The notes below the pieces were generated by a model. It ran no database searches. It was not told the origin of the DNA and worked only from the letters and a program-made list of their open reading frames with translations. From Candidatus Spongiisociaceae bacterium (lineage in GTDB: Bacteria > Actinomycetota > Acidimicrobiia > Spongiisociales > Spongiisociaceae), in contig OZ241841.1 in assembly GCA_965202665.1 (NCBI GenBank), positions 1,056,001-1,120,000 on the forward strand: a DNA stretch of 64,000 nt, read 5' to 3'. Of this stretch, positions 9,686 through 18,801 are shown piece after piece. Within the stretch, counting starts at the first letter, position 1, and every line of letters starts with the position of its first letter. A program made the translations under genes and the position numbers.

Positions 9686-10702
9686 ATGGGGAAACTGCGG
9701 ACGGGAGTGGTGGGGGTGGGGATGATCGGCTCCTTGCACGCCCGGGCCTACGCCGAACACGACCTGGCGGAGTTGACGGCGGTGGCCGACGCCGACTTGG
9801 AACGGGCGCGGGCGGTGGGGGAGGAACACGGCGTCCCCCACTTCGGGAGCGCCGAGGAAATGCTGGCGGGGGCGGAAGTGGATGCGGTCACCATCGCCGT
9901 CTCCGAACATCATCGCCGCCAACCGGCTTTGGCCTGCGCCCGGCGGGGCAAGCATCTGTTGCTGGAGAAGCCGTTGGCCCCCGATTTGGAGGGGGCGGAG
10001 CGGCTGTGCCGGGAGTTGCGTCCGCTGGGCGTGAAAACAATGGTCAATTTCATTCTGAGGTTCGACCCCCGCTACCGGGCCGTGAAAGCGGCCGCCTCCT
10101 CCGGCCGGTTGGGAACGTTGCATTACCTGTCCGCCCGGCGGCGGGGGACGGCCCTGGGAGCGGAGATTTACGGCCCGTGGACCGACCTGCTCATCTCCAC
10201 CGGAATCCACGACTTGGAGGCGATGGCCTGGATAGTCGACGCCCCGGCGGAGCGGGTCTACGCGGAGGGGGTGTCCCGCCGGTCGGCGGAGTGGGGGCAT
10301 CAGGACGCAGTGGCGGTTCTGATGCGCCTGCGCGGGGAGGTCATCGCCGCTTTGGAAACCAGCTGGGTGCTGCCCGCCGGCGCCCCCGCCCCTTTGGACG
10401 CCGCCCTGCATGTGGTGGGAAGCGGGGGGTCGGCGGTGATCGAAGGTTCCAACAGCGGGCTTTCCATCCTGGACCGGGAGGGCTTCTCCCATCCCGACCT
10501 GGTGCATTGGCCGGTGGACGAAGGAATCTTGGGCGGGGGTGGCTTGGGCGGGGATTTGGCGGCGGCGGTGGACCATTTCATCCGTTCCGTAGCGGCCGAC
10601 CGCCACCCGCAGGTGGGTTTGGAGCAGGCCCTCTACGCCCACCGGCTGGTGGACGCCGCCGAGCGGTCCCTCCGGCAGGGCGCCCCCGTATATATGGAGT
10701 AA
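9686..10702 (+). CDS. Gfo/Idh/MocA family oxidoreductase
   Basis: GVVGVGMIG, LLEKPLA, GIHDLE motifs. Confidence 0.92.
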   Translation: MGKLRTGVVGVGMIGSLHARAYAEHDLAELTAVADADLERARAVGEEHGVPHFGSAEEMLAGAEVDAVTIAVSEHHRRQPALACARRGKHLLLEKPLAPDLEGAERLCRELRPLGVKTMVNFILRFDPRYRAVKAAASSGRLGTLHYLSARRRGTALGAEIYGPWTDLLISTGIHDLEAMAWIVDAPAERVYAEGVSRRSAEWGHQDAVAVLMRLRGEVIAALETSWVLPAGAPAPLDAALHVVGSGGSAVIEGSNSGLSILDREGFSHPDLVHWPVDEGILGGGGLGGDLAAAVDHFIRSVAADRHPQVGLEQALYAHRLVDAAERSLRQGAPVYME

Positions 10703-10733
10703 CCCCCGCCGCGCCGGGGCGGGGCGGGCCGGT

Positions 10734-12197
10734 TTACGCCGGGTCTGGAAACTTGTCCAGGGGCCACATGGGGCGGGGGGCGCGGTGGAATGTCAGACGT
10801 TCCAGGCGGGGGGAGGCGGCCCCGGGGACGTCCACGGTGATGGCGCAGGAGGAGGTGGGGTAGTTGGGACGGAAGTCGCTGCATGATTTGACGACGATGA
10901 TGTCCGCTTGTTCGGGGGGGAGGCCGACGAACCGGAAAGTGGCCGGGTCGGCGGTCCAGGCGGGACGTTCGGAGAGAAGCAGCCGCAGGTTGCCGGCGGC
11001 CAGCGTCGCATAGCGGCCCATTGACACTTCCATCCCGTGGAACCCGACCCCTTCCAACCGGTAGGAACCGGCCCCCGCCCCCGTTACGACGCCGGTCACG
11101 GAAACCGGGGGATGCCACCGGTCGTCCAAACCGGCCCCCGCCTGCACGGTCACTTCCGCTCCCGCGCCGGCCCGATGGCATTGTTCCACCGCCGCCGGAT
11201 CCGCCGCCGTGACATAGGAGACAAGGTCGGGGGCCAGGGCGGCCAGGGGTTCTATCAGGGCCGGGCTGTCCCCGGAGGCCCCGGCGGTGGGGGCGTCGGC
11301 CGACTGGGCCAGCAGAAAAGGGCGCACCCGGCTGGCCCGGGCGGCGGCGATGGCCGCCTCCGGCTCCAAAAAATCGTCCATGGTGAAATCGCCCCGCCGC
11401 TCCCAGATGCGGTCGGCTGTCGCTTCGGCGAACTCCCGGGCGGAGGACGGGTCGTCTTTCACCACCGCCGCCACTCCCAAACCCAGCTCCGGCACATCCA
11501 GCCAGGGTTGCACCGGAAACAGCAATAGGTCCGCCAAACCGGCCGGGGCTTCGGCCAGCGCCCGGCGGCGGATTTCCGCCAGAGGGCCGTGGTCGGTGTT
11601 CATCGTCTCCGCCGGGATGAGCATGGGCCGTTTCGCCAATCCGATGGCAAACCGCTCCCCTCCCAGCAGGCGCAGCAGCTGGCGGGCGGCCCGTTCCCCG
11701 GCGGCCGCCATATCGGTGTGCGGGTCGGTGTGGTAGGCGCTCAGGCCGTCCGCCCCGCGCACCATTTGGCGGGTGAGGTTGGCGTGCAGGTCCAGGCAAA
11801 CCGCCAACGGGACGTCCGGGCCGAGGAACTCCCGCACCTCGGAGATGATCCGCCCGTCGGCGTCGGGGAACCGGTCGGCGGCCATCGCCCCGTGCAGGGA
11901 CAGGGCCAACCCATCCACCGGTCCGGCCGCGGCCAGCCCGACGAGCAACATTTCCCGCAGCTCCCGGAAAGCGTCGGCGGTGAGCGGGCCGGAGGGCATC
12001 GCCCACGCCCGCAAAATCGGAACCGCCTCCGCTCCGCCCGCCCGCAATCCTTCCAGGATTCCCGCCATCTCCGAGTTGGTTCCCCGGGCGCCGGACGCCG
12101 CCTCCTCCCCCGTCGCCACGGTGAAATCGGACATCCGGCACGGGTTGAGCGAGAAAGTGTTGGTTTCCTGCAAAACGGACGCCGCCCCGATACGCAT
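10734..12197 (-). CDS. MlrC-like M81 family metallopeptidase
   Basis: QETNTFS, LHGAM, DLHAN, PHTDM, VVKS motifs. Confidence 0.9.
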   Translation of the reverse strand: MRIGAASVLQETNTFSLNPCRMSDFTVATGEEAASGARGTNSEMAGILEGLRAGGAEAVPILRAWAMPSGPLTADAFRELREMLLVGLAAAGPVDGLALSLHGAMAADRFPDADGRIISEVREFLGPDVPLAVCLDLHANLTRQMVRGADGLSAYHTDPHTDMAAAGERAARQLLRLLGGERFAIGLAKRPMLIPAETMNTDHGPLAEIRRRALAEAPAGLADLLLFPVQPWLDVPELGLGVAAVVKDDPSSAREFAEATADRIWERRGDFTMDDFLEPEAAIAAARASRVRPFLLAQSADAPTAGASGDSPALIEPLAALAPDLVSYVTAADPAAVEQCHRAGAGAEVTVQAGAGLDDRWHPPVSVTGVVTGAGAGSYRLEGVGFHGMEVSMGRYATLAAGNLRLLLSERPAWTADPATFRFVGLPPEQADIIVVKSCSDFRPNYPTSSCAITVDVPGAASPRLERLTFHRAPRPMWPLDKFPDPA

Positions 12198-12235
12198 GCC
12201 CCCACCCTACCACCGCCTCACCCTCCGCCCTACCC

Positions 12236-12310
12236 ATTTTATGTAAAATATTGTTTCAAAATCTTATCTAAGAAAAAATGTCGCATAGCGTTTTTATATT
12301 GACAATATGA
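12236..12310. promoter_or_regulatory. AT-rich promoter/operator tract with ATATTG-A-CAATAT inverted repeat overlapping TTGACA
   Basis: Inverted repeat at 12296-12308 between the divergent mlrC-like and toxin-like genes. Confidence 0.55.
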
Positions 12311-12431
12311 AGCGAAACCGAAACTTCCGCAACCCCCCGCCGGGTCAAACGGAGATGGCGGGCCCAGGAGGATTGGCGCAAGGCCGGTCGTCCCGTCGGG
12401 CTCCGAACCTGTCTGCGCCGAGGAGCGGGCG

Positions 12432-12752
12432 ATGATCAACCTGCCGCCCTTTTCGCGACACGAGGTGCGAAGAATGGACGAGCCGCCCCGGGGTTGGCAA
12501 GTGGGTTGGTGGATTGACACCGCCTTCAAACACAACGCCTCCGAGGAGAGCATCCTCTCCGTCCTCCGCGATCCGCACTCCTGCAAATGGTTAGCCCCCA
12601 CCTCATTCGGTGACAAATGGATGTATATTGCGCCATATACCGATCTCTTAACCATGGACCTGGAAGTAGTATTCGAAGAAAGCCCCGATGGGCGCATCGG
12701 CAAGGTGTACCACGCCCTGCCCGTGAACGTGGAAACCCAAAGGAGGATATAA
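12432..12752 (+). CDS. putative BrnT/RelE-fold-like type II toxin
   Basis: AFKH..ILSVL..LEVV..VYHA pattern resembling small actinobacterial toxins; TAATG coupling to the downstream small acidic gene. Confidence 0.6.
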   Translation: MINLPPFSRHEVRRMDEPPRGWQVGWWIDTAFKHNASEESILSVLRDPHSCKWLAPTSFGDKWMYIAPYTDLLTMDLEVVFEESPDGRIGKVYHALPVNVETQRRI

Positions 12753-12970
12753 TGACGGACGTGACTAATCAAACCCAACCTGAAGCCGAGGTGGACATTT
12801 ACGCGCCTCCCACGCCCGAAGACGTGGAACGGCTGGTATCCGAACTGGAAAGCGGCGCCCTCGACGAAGCCCGCCGCCAAGGCCGCATAGAGCACAACGC
12901 CAAATACCCGCACCGGCAAATCGACGTCGAATACGGACTGAAACCCCGCCAACCAGACGCAGAAAACTAA
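12752..12970 (+). CDS. small acidic protein, putative antitoxin, copy 1 (72 aa)
   Basis: AAGGAGG SD; overlaps the toxin stop codon. Confidence 0.75.
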   Translation: MTDVTNQTQPEAEVDIYAPPTPEDVERLVSELESGALDEARRQGRIEHNAKYPHRQIDVEYGLKPRQPDAEN

Positions 12971-13093
12971 CCGGAAGGCCCCGCCCAGTCGAGAGCGCGT
13001 CGCACGGCATTGCGCCAACCCTCCGCGATCCGCACTCCATCCTTAAGGCGTGCCGCGCCCCGCCCGCGAACGTGAAAACCAAAGGAGAATAAA

Positions 13094-13312
13094 ATGGCGG
13101 ACATGACTGATGAAATCCAACCTGAAGCCGAGGTGGACATTTACGCGCCTCCCACGCCCGAAGACGTGGAACGGCTGGTATCCGAACTGGAAAGCGGCGC
13201 CCTCGACGAAGCCCGCCGCCAGGCCCGCATAGAATACAACGCCAAATTCCCGCACCGGCAAATCGACGTCGAATACGGACTGAAGCCCCGCCAACCGGAG
13301 GGAGAAAACTAA
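13094..13312 (+). CDS. small acidic protein, putative antitoxin, copy 2 (72 aa)
   Basis: 62/72 aa identical to copy 1; AAGGAG SD. Confidence 0.75.
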   Translation: MADMTDEIQPEAEVDIYAPPTPEDVERLVSELESGALDEARRQARIEYNAKFPHRQIDVEYGLKPRQPEGEN

Positions 13313-14820
13313 CCGGAAGGCTCCGCCCAGTCGAGGGTGCGTTGCACGGCTTTGCGCCAACCGGCGTACAGGTTTTCCCGTTCGGAGGCGGACATGCGCG
13401 GGTTCCAGCGGCGGGACTCGCGCCACCGGTCGCGCAGCTCGTCCAAATCCGACCAGAAGCCTTCCGCCAGCCCGGCCCCGTAGGCGGCCCCCAAGGCGGT
13501 GGTTTCGTTCACCGCCGGGCGCACCACCGGCACATCCAAAATGTCGGCCTGGAACTGCATCAGCCGCTCGTTGACCACCATCCCCCCGTCCGCTTTTAAC
13601 TCGGTCAACTCCGCCCCCGAATCGGCCCGCATCGCGTCCAAAACCTCCCTGGTCTGAAAGGCGGCGGCTTCTAAAGCGGCCCGGGCGATGTGGCCCCGGT
13701 GGGCGAACCGGGTCAGGCCGGCGATCACCCCCCGGGCGTCCGACCGCCAATGGGGGGCGAACAAACCGGAGAAGGCGGGCACGAAAAACACCCCGCCGTT
13801 GTCCTCCACCGAAGCGGCCAACTCTTCCACCTCCTCCGATGAGGAGATAATCCCCAGATTGTCCCGCAACCATTGCACCAAAGCCCCGGCGATGGCGATG
13901 GACCCTTCCAGGGCGTAGACCGCCGGGCGGCCCGCTATTTGATATCCGACGGTGGTGAGGCATCCGGCGGTGGAGGGGACGATGTCGGCCCCGGTGTTCA
14001 TCAGCATGAAACAGCCGGTGCCGTAGGTGTTTTTGGCCTCCCCGGGGGCGAACGCGGCCTGGCCGAACAGGGCGGCGTGCTGATCGCCCAAAATGGCCGA
14101 CAGCGGAACCCCCGCCAACACCCCCCGCCCTTCGCCGATCCGTCCCACCGACGGGACGATCTCGGCCATCATGGAACGGGGTATCCCAATCGCCTCCAGC
14201 AACCCGTCGTCCCAAGCCAGGGTTTTCAGGTCCATCAGCAGGGTGCGGGAGGCGTTGGTCGCGTCGGTGACATGCCGCCCTCCTTCCGTTCCGCCGGTCA
14301 GGTTCCACGCCAGCCACGAGTCGATGGTGCCCATCACCGCCTCCCCGGACTGGGCCGCCTGCGCCGCCCCGTCCGTTTCAGCCAGCAACCAGGCGGCTTT
14401 CGGCCCGGCGAAATAGGTGGCCAGGGGCAGGCCGGTTCGCTCCCGGAACCGGTCCATCCCCCCGTCCGCGGCCAACTCGGCGCAGATGCGGTCGGTGCGG
14501 GTGTCCTGCCACACGATGGCGTTGGCCAAAGGGCGCCCGGTGTCTTTTTCCCACAGCAGGGTGGTTTCCCGCTGGTTGGCGATCCCCACCGCCGCCAAAT
14601 CGGAGGGGCGCAGGCCGGCCCGCGCCAGGGCCTCTTCCGTCACCCCCTGCACGCTTTCCCAGATTTCCAAAGGGTCGTGCTCCACCCATCCAGGCCGGGG
14701 GAGAATCTGCTCAAACTCCCGTTGCGCGGAAGCCACCACCCGCCCGTCGTGGTCGAAGATCATAAACCGGGTGCTGGTCGTCCCCTGGTCGATGGCGCCA
14801 ACCGCTTTCATATCCGCCAA
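13309..14820 (-). CDS. glpK: glycerol kinase
   Basis: [35 protein letters not shown] (start could be ATG 14811). Confidence 0.97.
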   Translation of the reverse strand: MADMKAVGAIDQGTTSTRFMIFDHDGRVVASAQREFEQILPRPGWVEHDPLEIWESVQGVTEEALARAGLRPSDLAAVGIANQRETTLLWEKDTGRPLANAIVWQDTRTDRICAELAADGGMDRFRERTGLPLATYFAGPKAAWLLAETDGAAQAAQSGEAVMGTIDSWLAWNLTGGTEGGRHVTDATNASRTLLMDLKTLAWDDGLLEAIGIPRSMMAEIVPSVGRIGEGRGVLAGVPLSAILGDQHAALFGQAAFAPGEAKNTYGTGCFMLMNTGADIVPSTAGCLTTVGYQIAGRPAVYALEGSIAIAGALVQWLRDNLGIISSSEEVEELAASVEDNGGVFFVPAFSGLFAPHWRSDARGVIAGLTRFAHRGHIARAALEAAAFQTREVLDAMRADSGAELTELKADGGMVVNERLMQFQADILDVPVVRPAVNETTALGAAYGAGLAEGFWSDLDELRDRWRESRRWNPRMSASERENLYAGWRKAVQRTLDWAEPSG

Positions 14821-14844
14821 ACCTACTCCCGTTCCGCGTCCGGA

Positions 14845-15423
14845 TCAGCCGGGGGCGGCGCGCCGACCGGCTTTTTCCGCCGCCGCCTGCGGGTCGGCGA
14901 CGAACATTTCCGCGGCGTCGGCCGCGTCCGCCGTCAGCAAATCCATTTCCGGACGTTCCCCGGCGGTGAACCGGCCCAGCACGTAGTTGACCGGGTCCAT
15001 CCGCCCCGGAGGGCGGCCGATGCCCAGTTTCAGCCGCCAAAAGTCGCGCACGCCCAAGGCGGCGATCACCGACCGCACCCCGTTGTGTCCGCCCGCCCCC
15101 CGCCCATGGTGCAGGCGCATTCGGGCGAAAGCCAAATCCATGTCATCGTGGATGAGCAACAGGTCGTCCGGCTGGGCCCGGTGGTAGGCCAGCAGGGCGG
15201 CCACCGCCGGACCGCATACGTTCATGCTCAGCCGGGGGATTCCAATCACCGCCGCCCGTCCGTCGATGACCACCCGGGCCTGGTCGCAACGCACCCGCCG
15301 CGGCCCCCGGCGCAGGCGCTCCCCCCGCCGTTCGGCGAGCAGGGCGGCCGCTTCCGCCCCGGCGTTGTGCCGGGTTCCCGCATACTCCGCCTGCGGGTTG
15401 CGCAGGCCTACGATAATTTTCAT
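14845..15423 (-). CDS. pth: peptidyl-tRNA hydrolase
   Basis: IVGLRNP, TRHNAG, HDDMD, GGHNGVRS. Confidence 0.95.
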   Translation of the reverse strand: MKIIVGLRNPQAEYAGTRHNAGAEAAALLAERRGERLRRGPRRVRCDQARVVIDGRAAVIGIPRLSMNVCGPAVAALLAYHRAQPDDLLLIHDDMDLAFARMRLHHGRGAGGHNGVRSVIAALGVRDFWRLKLGIGRPPGRMDPVNYVLGRFTAGERPEMDLLTADAADAAEMFVADPQAAAEKAGRRAAPG

Positions 15424-15483
15424 CCGGTTCCGCCCGTTCCGCTCCGCCGTCCCGTCCCAACCGCAGACATCCGGGCAGGGGGT

Positions 15484-16146
15484 TCAGCCTTCGGCGCCGG
15501 AGTCCTCCTCGGCGGCTTCCGCGTCGGCCCCTTCTTCCTCCGCCTCCTCGCCTTCTTCGAGCTCGGCTTCCTCTTCTTCTTCCACCAGGGCGGCGGAGGG
15601 CAGGCTGACGGTGACGATGGTCTGTTGCGGATCGTCCAAATATTCCAAACCTTCGATGGCGGGCAAATCCGACACCCGCAGCGAATCGCCCACCCCCAAG
15701 TCGGAAATGTCCACCCCGATGGAGTCGGGAATGGAAGTGACCAGGGTGTTCACGTTTACGCTGTTGGAAACGGTTTCAATGATTCCGCCTTCCCGCACCC
15801 CCTCCGGTTCCCCGGTGGTTTCCACCGCCACCACCACGTCCACCCGGTCGGTGAGGGAAATCTTCACGAAATCCAGATGGATGACCTCCCCTTTGGTGGG
15901 ATGCCGTTGCAGTTGGCGGGCCAGGGAGGTGTGCTTCTCATCCCCCACTTCCAAGGTGATAAGGGCGTTGATGCCCGCCTCGGTGGACAGGACGCGGCGC
16001 AGTTCGCGGGCGTCGACGGCTATGGACACCGGATGCGAAGCCTGGCCGTACAAAGTGGCGGGGACCATCCCGGAGCGGCGCAACCGCCGGGAGGGACGGG
16101 TGCCGGTTCGCCGGCCGGTTTCGGCGCGCAGGGTTACATCGGACAT
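15484..16146 (-). CDS. rplY: 50S ribosomal protein L25/CTC
   Basis: SRRLRRSGMVPATLYG, QRHP..IHLDF, acidic tail; upstream of pth; true start ATG 16146. Confidence 0.95.
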   Translation of the reverse strand: MSDVTLRAETGRRTGTRPSRRLRRSGMVPATLYGQASHPVSIAVDARELRRVLSTEAGINALITLEVGDEKHTSLARQLQRHPTKGEVIHLDFVKISLTDRVDVVVAVETTGEPEGVREGGIIETVSNSVNVNTLVTSIPDSIGVDISDLGVGDSLRVSDLPAIEGLEYLDDPQQTIVTVSLPSAALVEEEEEAELEEGEEAEEEGADAEAAEEDSGAEG

Positions 16147-16240
16147 TGGGACTCCTCGGATTGACCTCTCCCCCGGAATGTTTGTCCGGGGAACCCCTAG
16201 ATTAGCGTTTATTCGGAGAATAATGCCAACGGAGGGAAGC

Positions 16241-16993
16241 ATGAAACGCCTGTCGGGCAAAACGGCCATCGTCACCGGAGCGGCCGGGGGGCTGGGTTCG
16301 GCCATCTGCCGGCTGTTCGCCCGGGAGGGGGCGGGGGTGGCGGTCGCCGATTTGGATTTGGACGCCGCCCGGGTTTTGGCCGGGGAAATCACCGCCGCCG
16401 GGGGCCGGGCTTTTCCGGTGCGGGCCGATGTGACTTCGGCGGAGGATGCGGCGGAGATGACCGAGGCGGCCGTCCGGTTCGCGGGCGACGGCGGCGTGAA
16501 CATCCTGGTCAACAACGCCGGAATAGCCGGATTGGGAGCCGTAACTGAAATCAGCGAAGCGGACTGGAACCGGGTTTTGGCCGTAAATCTGACCGGGGCC
16601 TACCTTTGTTCGCGGCGGGCGATACCGGAGATGATCCGGGCGGGGGGCGGCTCCATCGTGTGCATCTCGTCGGTGGCCGGGGTGGTCGCCCAGCCGGGCC
16701 AAGCGGCCTATCACGCCTCCAAACACGGGCTGATCGGCTTAGTGCGGGCCATGGCACTGGACCACGCCCGGGACGGAATCCGGGTGAACGCGGTGTGTCC
16801 CGGGGCGGTGGAAACCCCGTTGCTGTCCCCCCTGACCGAGGAGCAAATGGCCTCCCTAGCCGCCCGCCATGCGCTGGGCCGCATCGCCCAACCGGAGGAG
16901 ATCGCCGCCGCCGTCCTCCACTTGGCGAGCGACGAATCTTCTTTCACCACCGGAACGGCCCTCCTAGCGGACGGAGGCTGGACCGCCCAATAA
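16241..16993 (+). CDS. SDR family oxidoreductase
   Basis: TGAAGGLG, NNAG, YHASK; GGAGG SD before ATG 16241. Confidence 0.92.
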   Translation: MKRLSGKTAIVTGAAGGLGSAICRLFAREGAGVAVADLDLDAARVLAGEITAAGGRAFPVRADVTSAEDAAEMTEAAVRFAGDGGVNILVNNAGIAGLGAVTEISEADWNRVLAVNLTGAYLCSRRAIPEMIRAGGGSIVCISSVAGVVAQPGQAAYHASKHGLIGLVRAMALDHARDGIRVNAVCPGAVETPLLSPLTEEQMASLAARHALGRIAQPEEIAAAVLHLASDESSFTTGTALLADGGWTAQ

Positions 16994-17007
16994 CCGCCCC
17001 CGCCGAC

Positions 17008-17508
17008 TCAGTCAAAGGCGGGACGGGCGTAGGAACGGCGCCAGTAAACCAGGGGAGGGTCGGGGCTGAGCCGGTCGGCTTTTTCCACTTGGCCGATGAA
17101 AATAATGTGATCCCCGGCCTCCAAGGAGTCGACGATGCGGCATTCCAGGTAAGCGCAAGCTTGGTCGGGCAAGATCGGCCCGGCTCCGGGAACGGTGGGG
17201 GGTTGCAAGGTCAAACCGGCGAAGCGGTCCTCCTCCGGGGAGGAAAACCGGCGGGCGACCGGGACGGTTCCGAGGCGGAGCAGATTGACGGTGAAACCCC
17301 CCGCCCGGCGGAGCATTTCGCCGCCGCCTGCCTCCCCGCCGATGCACACCAGAACCAGCGGCGGTTGCATGGAAACCGAAGTGAAGGCGGAAACGGTCAG
17401 GCCATGGTCCCGTCCGCCCGCCTGACAGGTGACCACGGTCACGCTGACCGCGCAGTTGGACATTATTTCCCGCAACATCTCGGCGACGGGAATGCCGGAT
17501 GATCCCAT
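17008..17508 (-). CDS. flavin reductase family protein
   Basis: GLTVSAFTSVSMQPPLV, GDHIIFIG. Confidence 0.9.
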   Translation of the reverse strand: MGSSGIPVAEMLREIMSNCAVSVTVVTCQAGGRDHGLTVSAFTSVSMQPPLVLVCIGGEAGGGEMLRRAGGFTVNLLRLGTVPVARRFSSPEEDRFAGLTLQPPTVPGAGPILPDQACAYLECRIVDSLEAGDHIIFIGQVEKADRLSPDPPLVYWRRSYARPAFD

Positions 17509-17729
17509 TGGTACTCCTGTTCGCTGATTCCGGGGGGCCGGCGCGCGCCGGATAGGACGACAAATGCCCGCTCCCCGTCCGCCCGGCCCGCCCTTTCCGC
17601 CAAGGCTACCCGGGAAAGGGCACCCGCCGCCCCCACCGGTCGGTCGCCGACTTCGCCCTCGAAATTATGGAAAGCGGGGGGTATCCTAGGGCTTGGACAT
17701 CACCTAAATCCAGCGGAAGGGAGGATGCA

Positions 17730-18752
17730 ATGGCGCGTAGCGATCTGCTGATCTCGCTTGTCAAAGCCGCGTCGAGCGACGACAAGCCGGGCACCCGCAC
17801 CGCCGCCGAAGCCATCATCGCCGAAGAGCGGGCGAAACAGCACCATGTGCTGGCCGACCGCCTGACGGAAGCGATGCGGGGCAACGGGTACAAGCCTCCC
17901 GCCGCCGCTTTTGTGAGCCAAAACGGTCTCCGCCATCGCGAGTTCCTGCTAGAGGTCGTCCCCCGACGGCGGATTGAGGACATGTTCCTGTCCGACATCA
18001 CCCGCCGGGCCTGCGAGGAACTGATCGAGGAGCAACACCGGGCCGGGGGGTTGCGTGCGCACTCACTGGAACCGCGCCACCGGGTGTTGCTGGTGGGACC
18101 GCCCGGCAACGGCAAAACTTCGCTGGCCGAAGCGATCGCCGAGTCGCTGGCGGTTCCTTTCCTGGTGGTCCGTTATGAAACGATGATCGGCAGCTTCCTG
18201 GGAGAAACCGCCTCCCGCCTGAAAAGCGTCTTCGATTACGCCCGCACCACCCCCTGCGTTCTGTTCTTCGACGAGTTCGACGCGGTGGGCAAAGAACGGG
18301 GCGACACCCACGAAACAGGGGAAATCAAACGGGTGGTGACTTCCCTGCTGATGCAGATGGACGATCTACCCAGCTACACGGTGGTGATAGCCGCCTCCAA
18401 CCACTCCGAACTGCTGGACCGGGCCGCTTGGCGGCGTTTCCAGTTGCGCTTGCAACTCAAACGCCCCACCCGCCAACAACTAGCCGCCTACATAGAATGG
18501 TTCGCCCAAACCTTAAACGAACCGCTTGGCCGCGCTCCCGAAACTATCGCCAAAAGGCTGGGAACCGTAAGCTTCGCCGAAGCCGAGGAGTTCTGCCTAG
18601 ACATCCGGAGACGACATGTCCTAGCCATGGGCGAAAAACCGTTGCGGGAAATCGTGACCGAGCGCCTAACCTTCTGGGCGGAACGATCAAAGGTGAACAG
18701 CAAAGAAACGGCATATGACGGATTTCCCCCTACTCCCGATACCAACTCCTGA
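17730..18752 (+). CDS. AAA ATPase, IetA-like (normally partnered with an S8 protease)
   Basis: GPPGNGKT Walker A, FFDEFD Walker B, LDRAAWRRF SRH; N-terminus MARSDLL..IIAEERAKQHHVLADRL. Confidence 0.85.
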   Translation: MARSDLLISLVKAASSDDKPGTRTAAEAIIAEERAKQHHVLADRLTEAMRGNGYKPPAAAFVSQNGLRHREFLLEVVPRRRIEDMFLSDITRRACEELIEEQHRAGGLRAHSLEPRHRVLLVGPPGNGKTSLAEAIAESLAVPFLVVRYETMIGSFLGETASRLKSVFDYARTTPCVLFFDEFDAVGKERGDTHETGEIKRVVTSLLMQMDDLPSYTVVIAASNHSELLDRAAWRRFQLRLQLKRPTRQQLAAYIEWFAQTLNEPLGRAPETIAKRLGTVSFAEAEEFCLDIRRRHVLAMGEKPLREIVTERLTFWAERSKVNSKETAYDGFPPTPDTNS

Positions 18753-18759
18753 GATTTAG
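18715..18759 (+). pseudogene. probable N-terminal stub of the partner S8 peptidase (IetS-like)
   Basis: MTDFPLLPIPTPEI* overlaps the ATPase 3' end where the partner gene normally starts. Confidence 0.45.
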
Positions 18760-18801
18760 CGCCTATCCGGCCTGTAAATACCGGAACAACCCGGGGAGTT
18801 T

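Larger units (their letters stand above)
12563..13362. repeat. tandem duplication (12563-13019 and 13020-13362) covering the toxin 3' part, partner gene and glpK 3' end
   Basis: CCTCCGCGATCCGCACTCC at 12563 and 13020; glpK tail present twice. Confidence 0.93.

Noticed and set aside
13873-16164. Long antisense or alternate-frame ORFs (also 5696-7381, 25652-27883, 37825-40122, 43296-45959 and others)
   Set aside because: Typical high-GC shadow ORFs opposite well-supported genes; R/G/P-rich with no motifs
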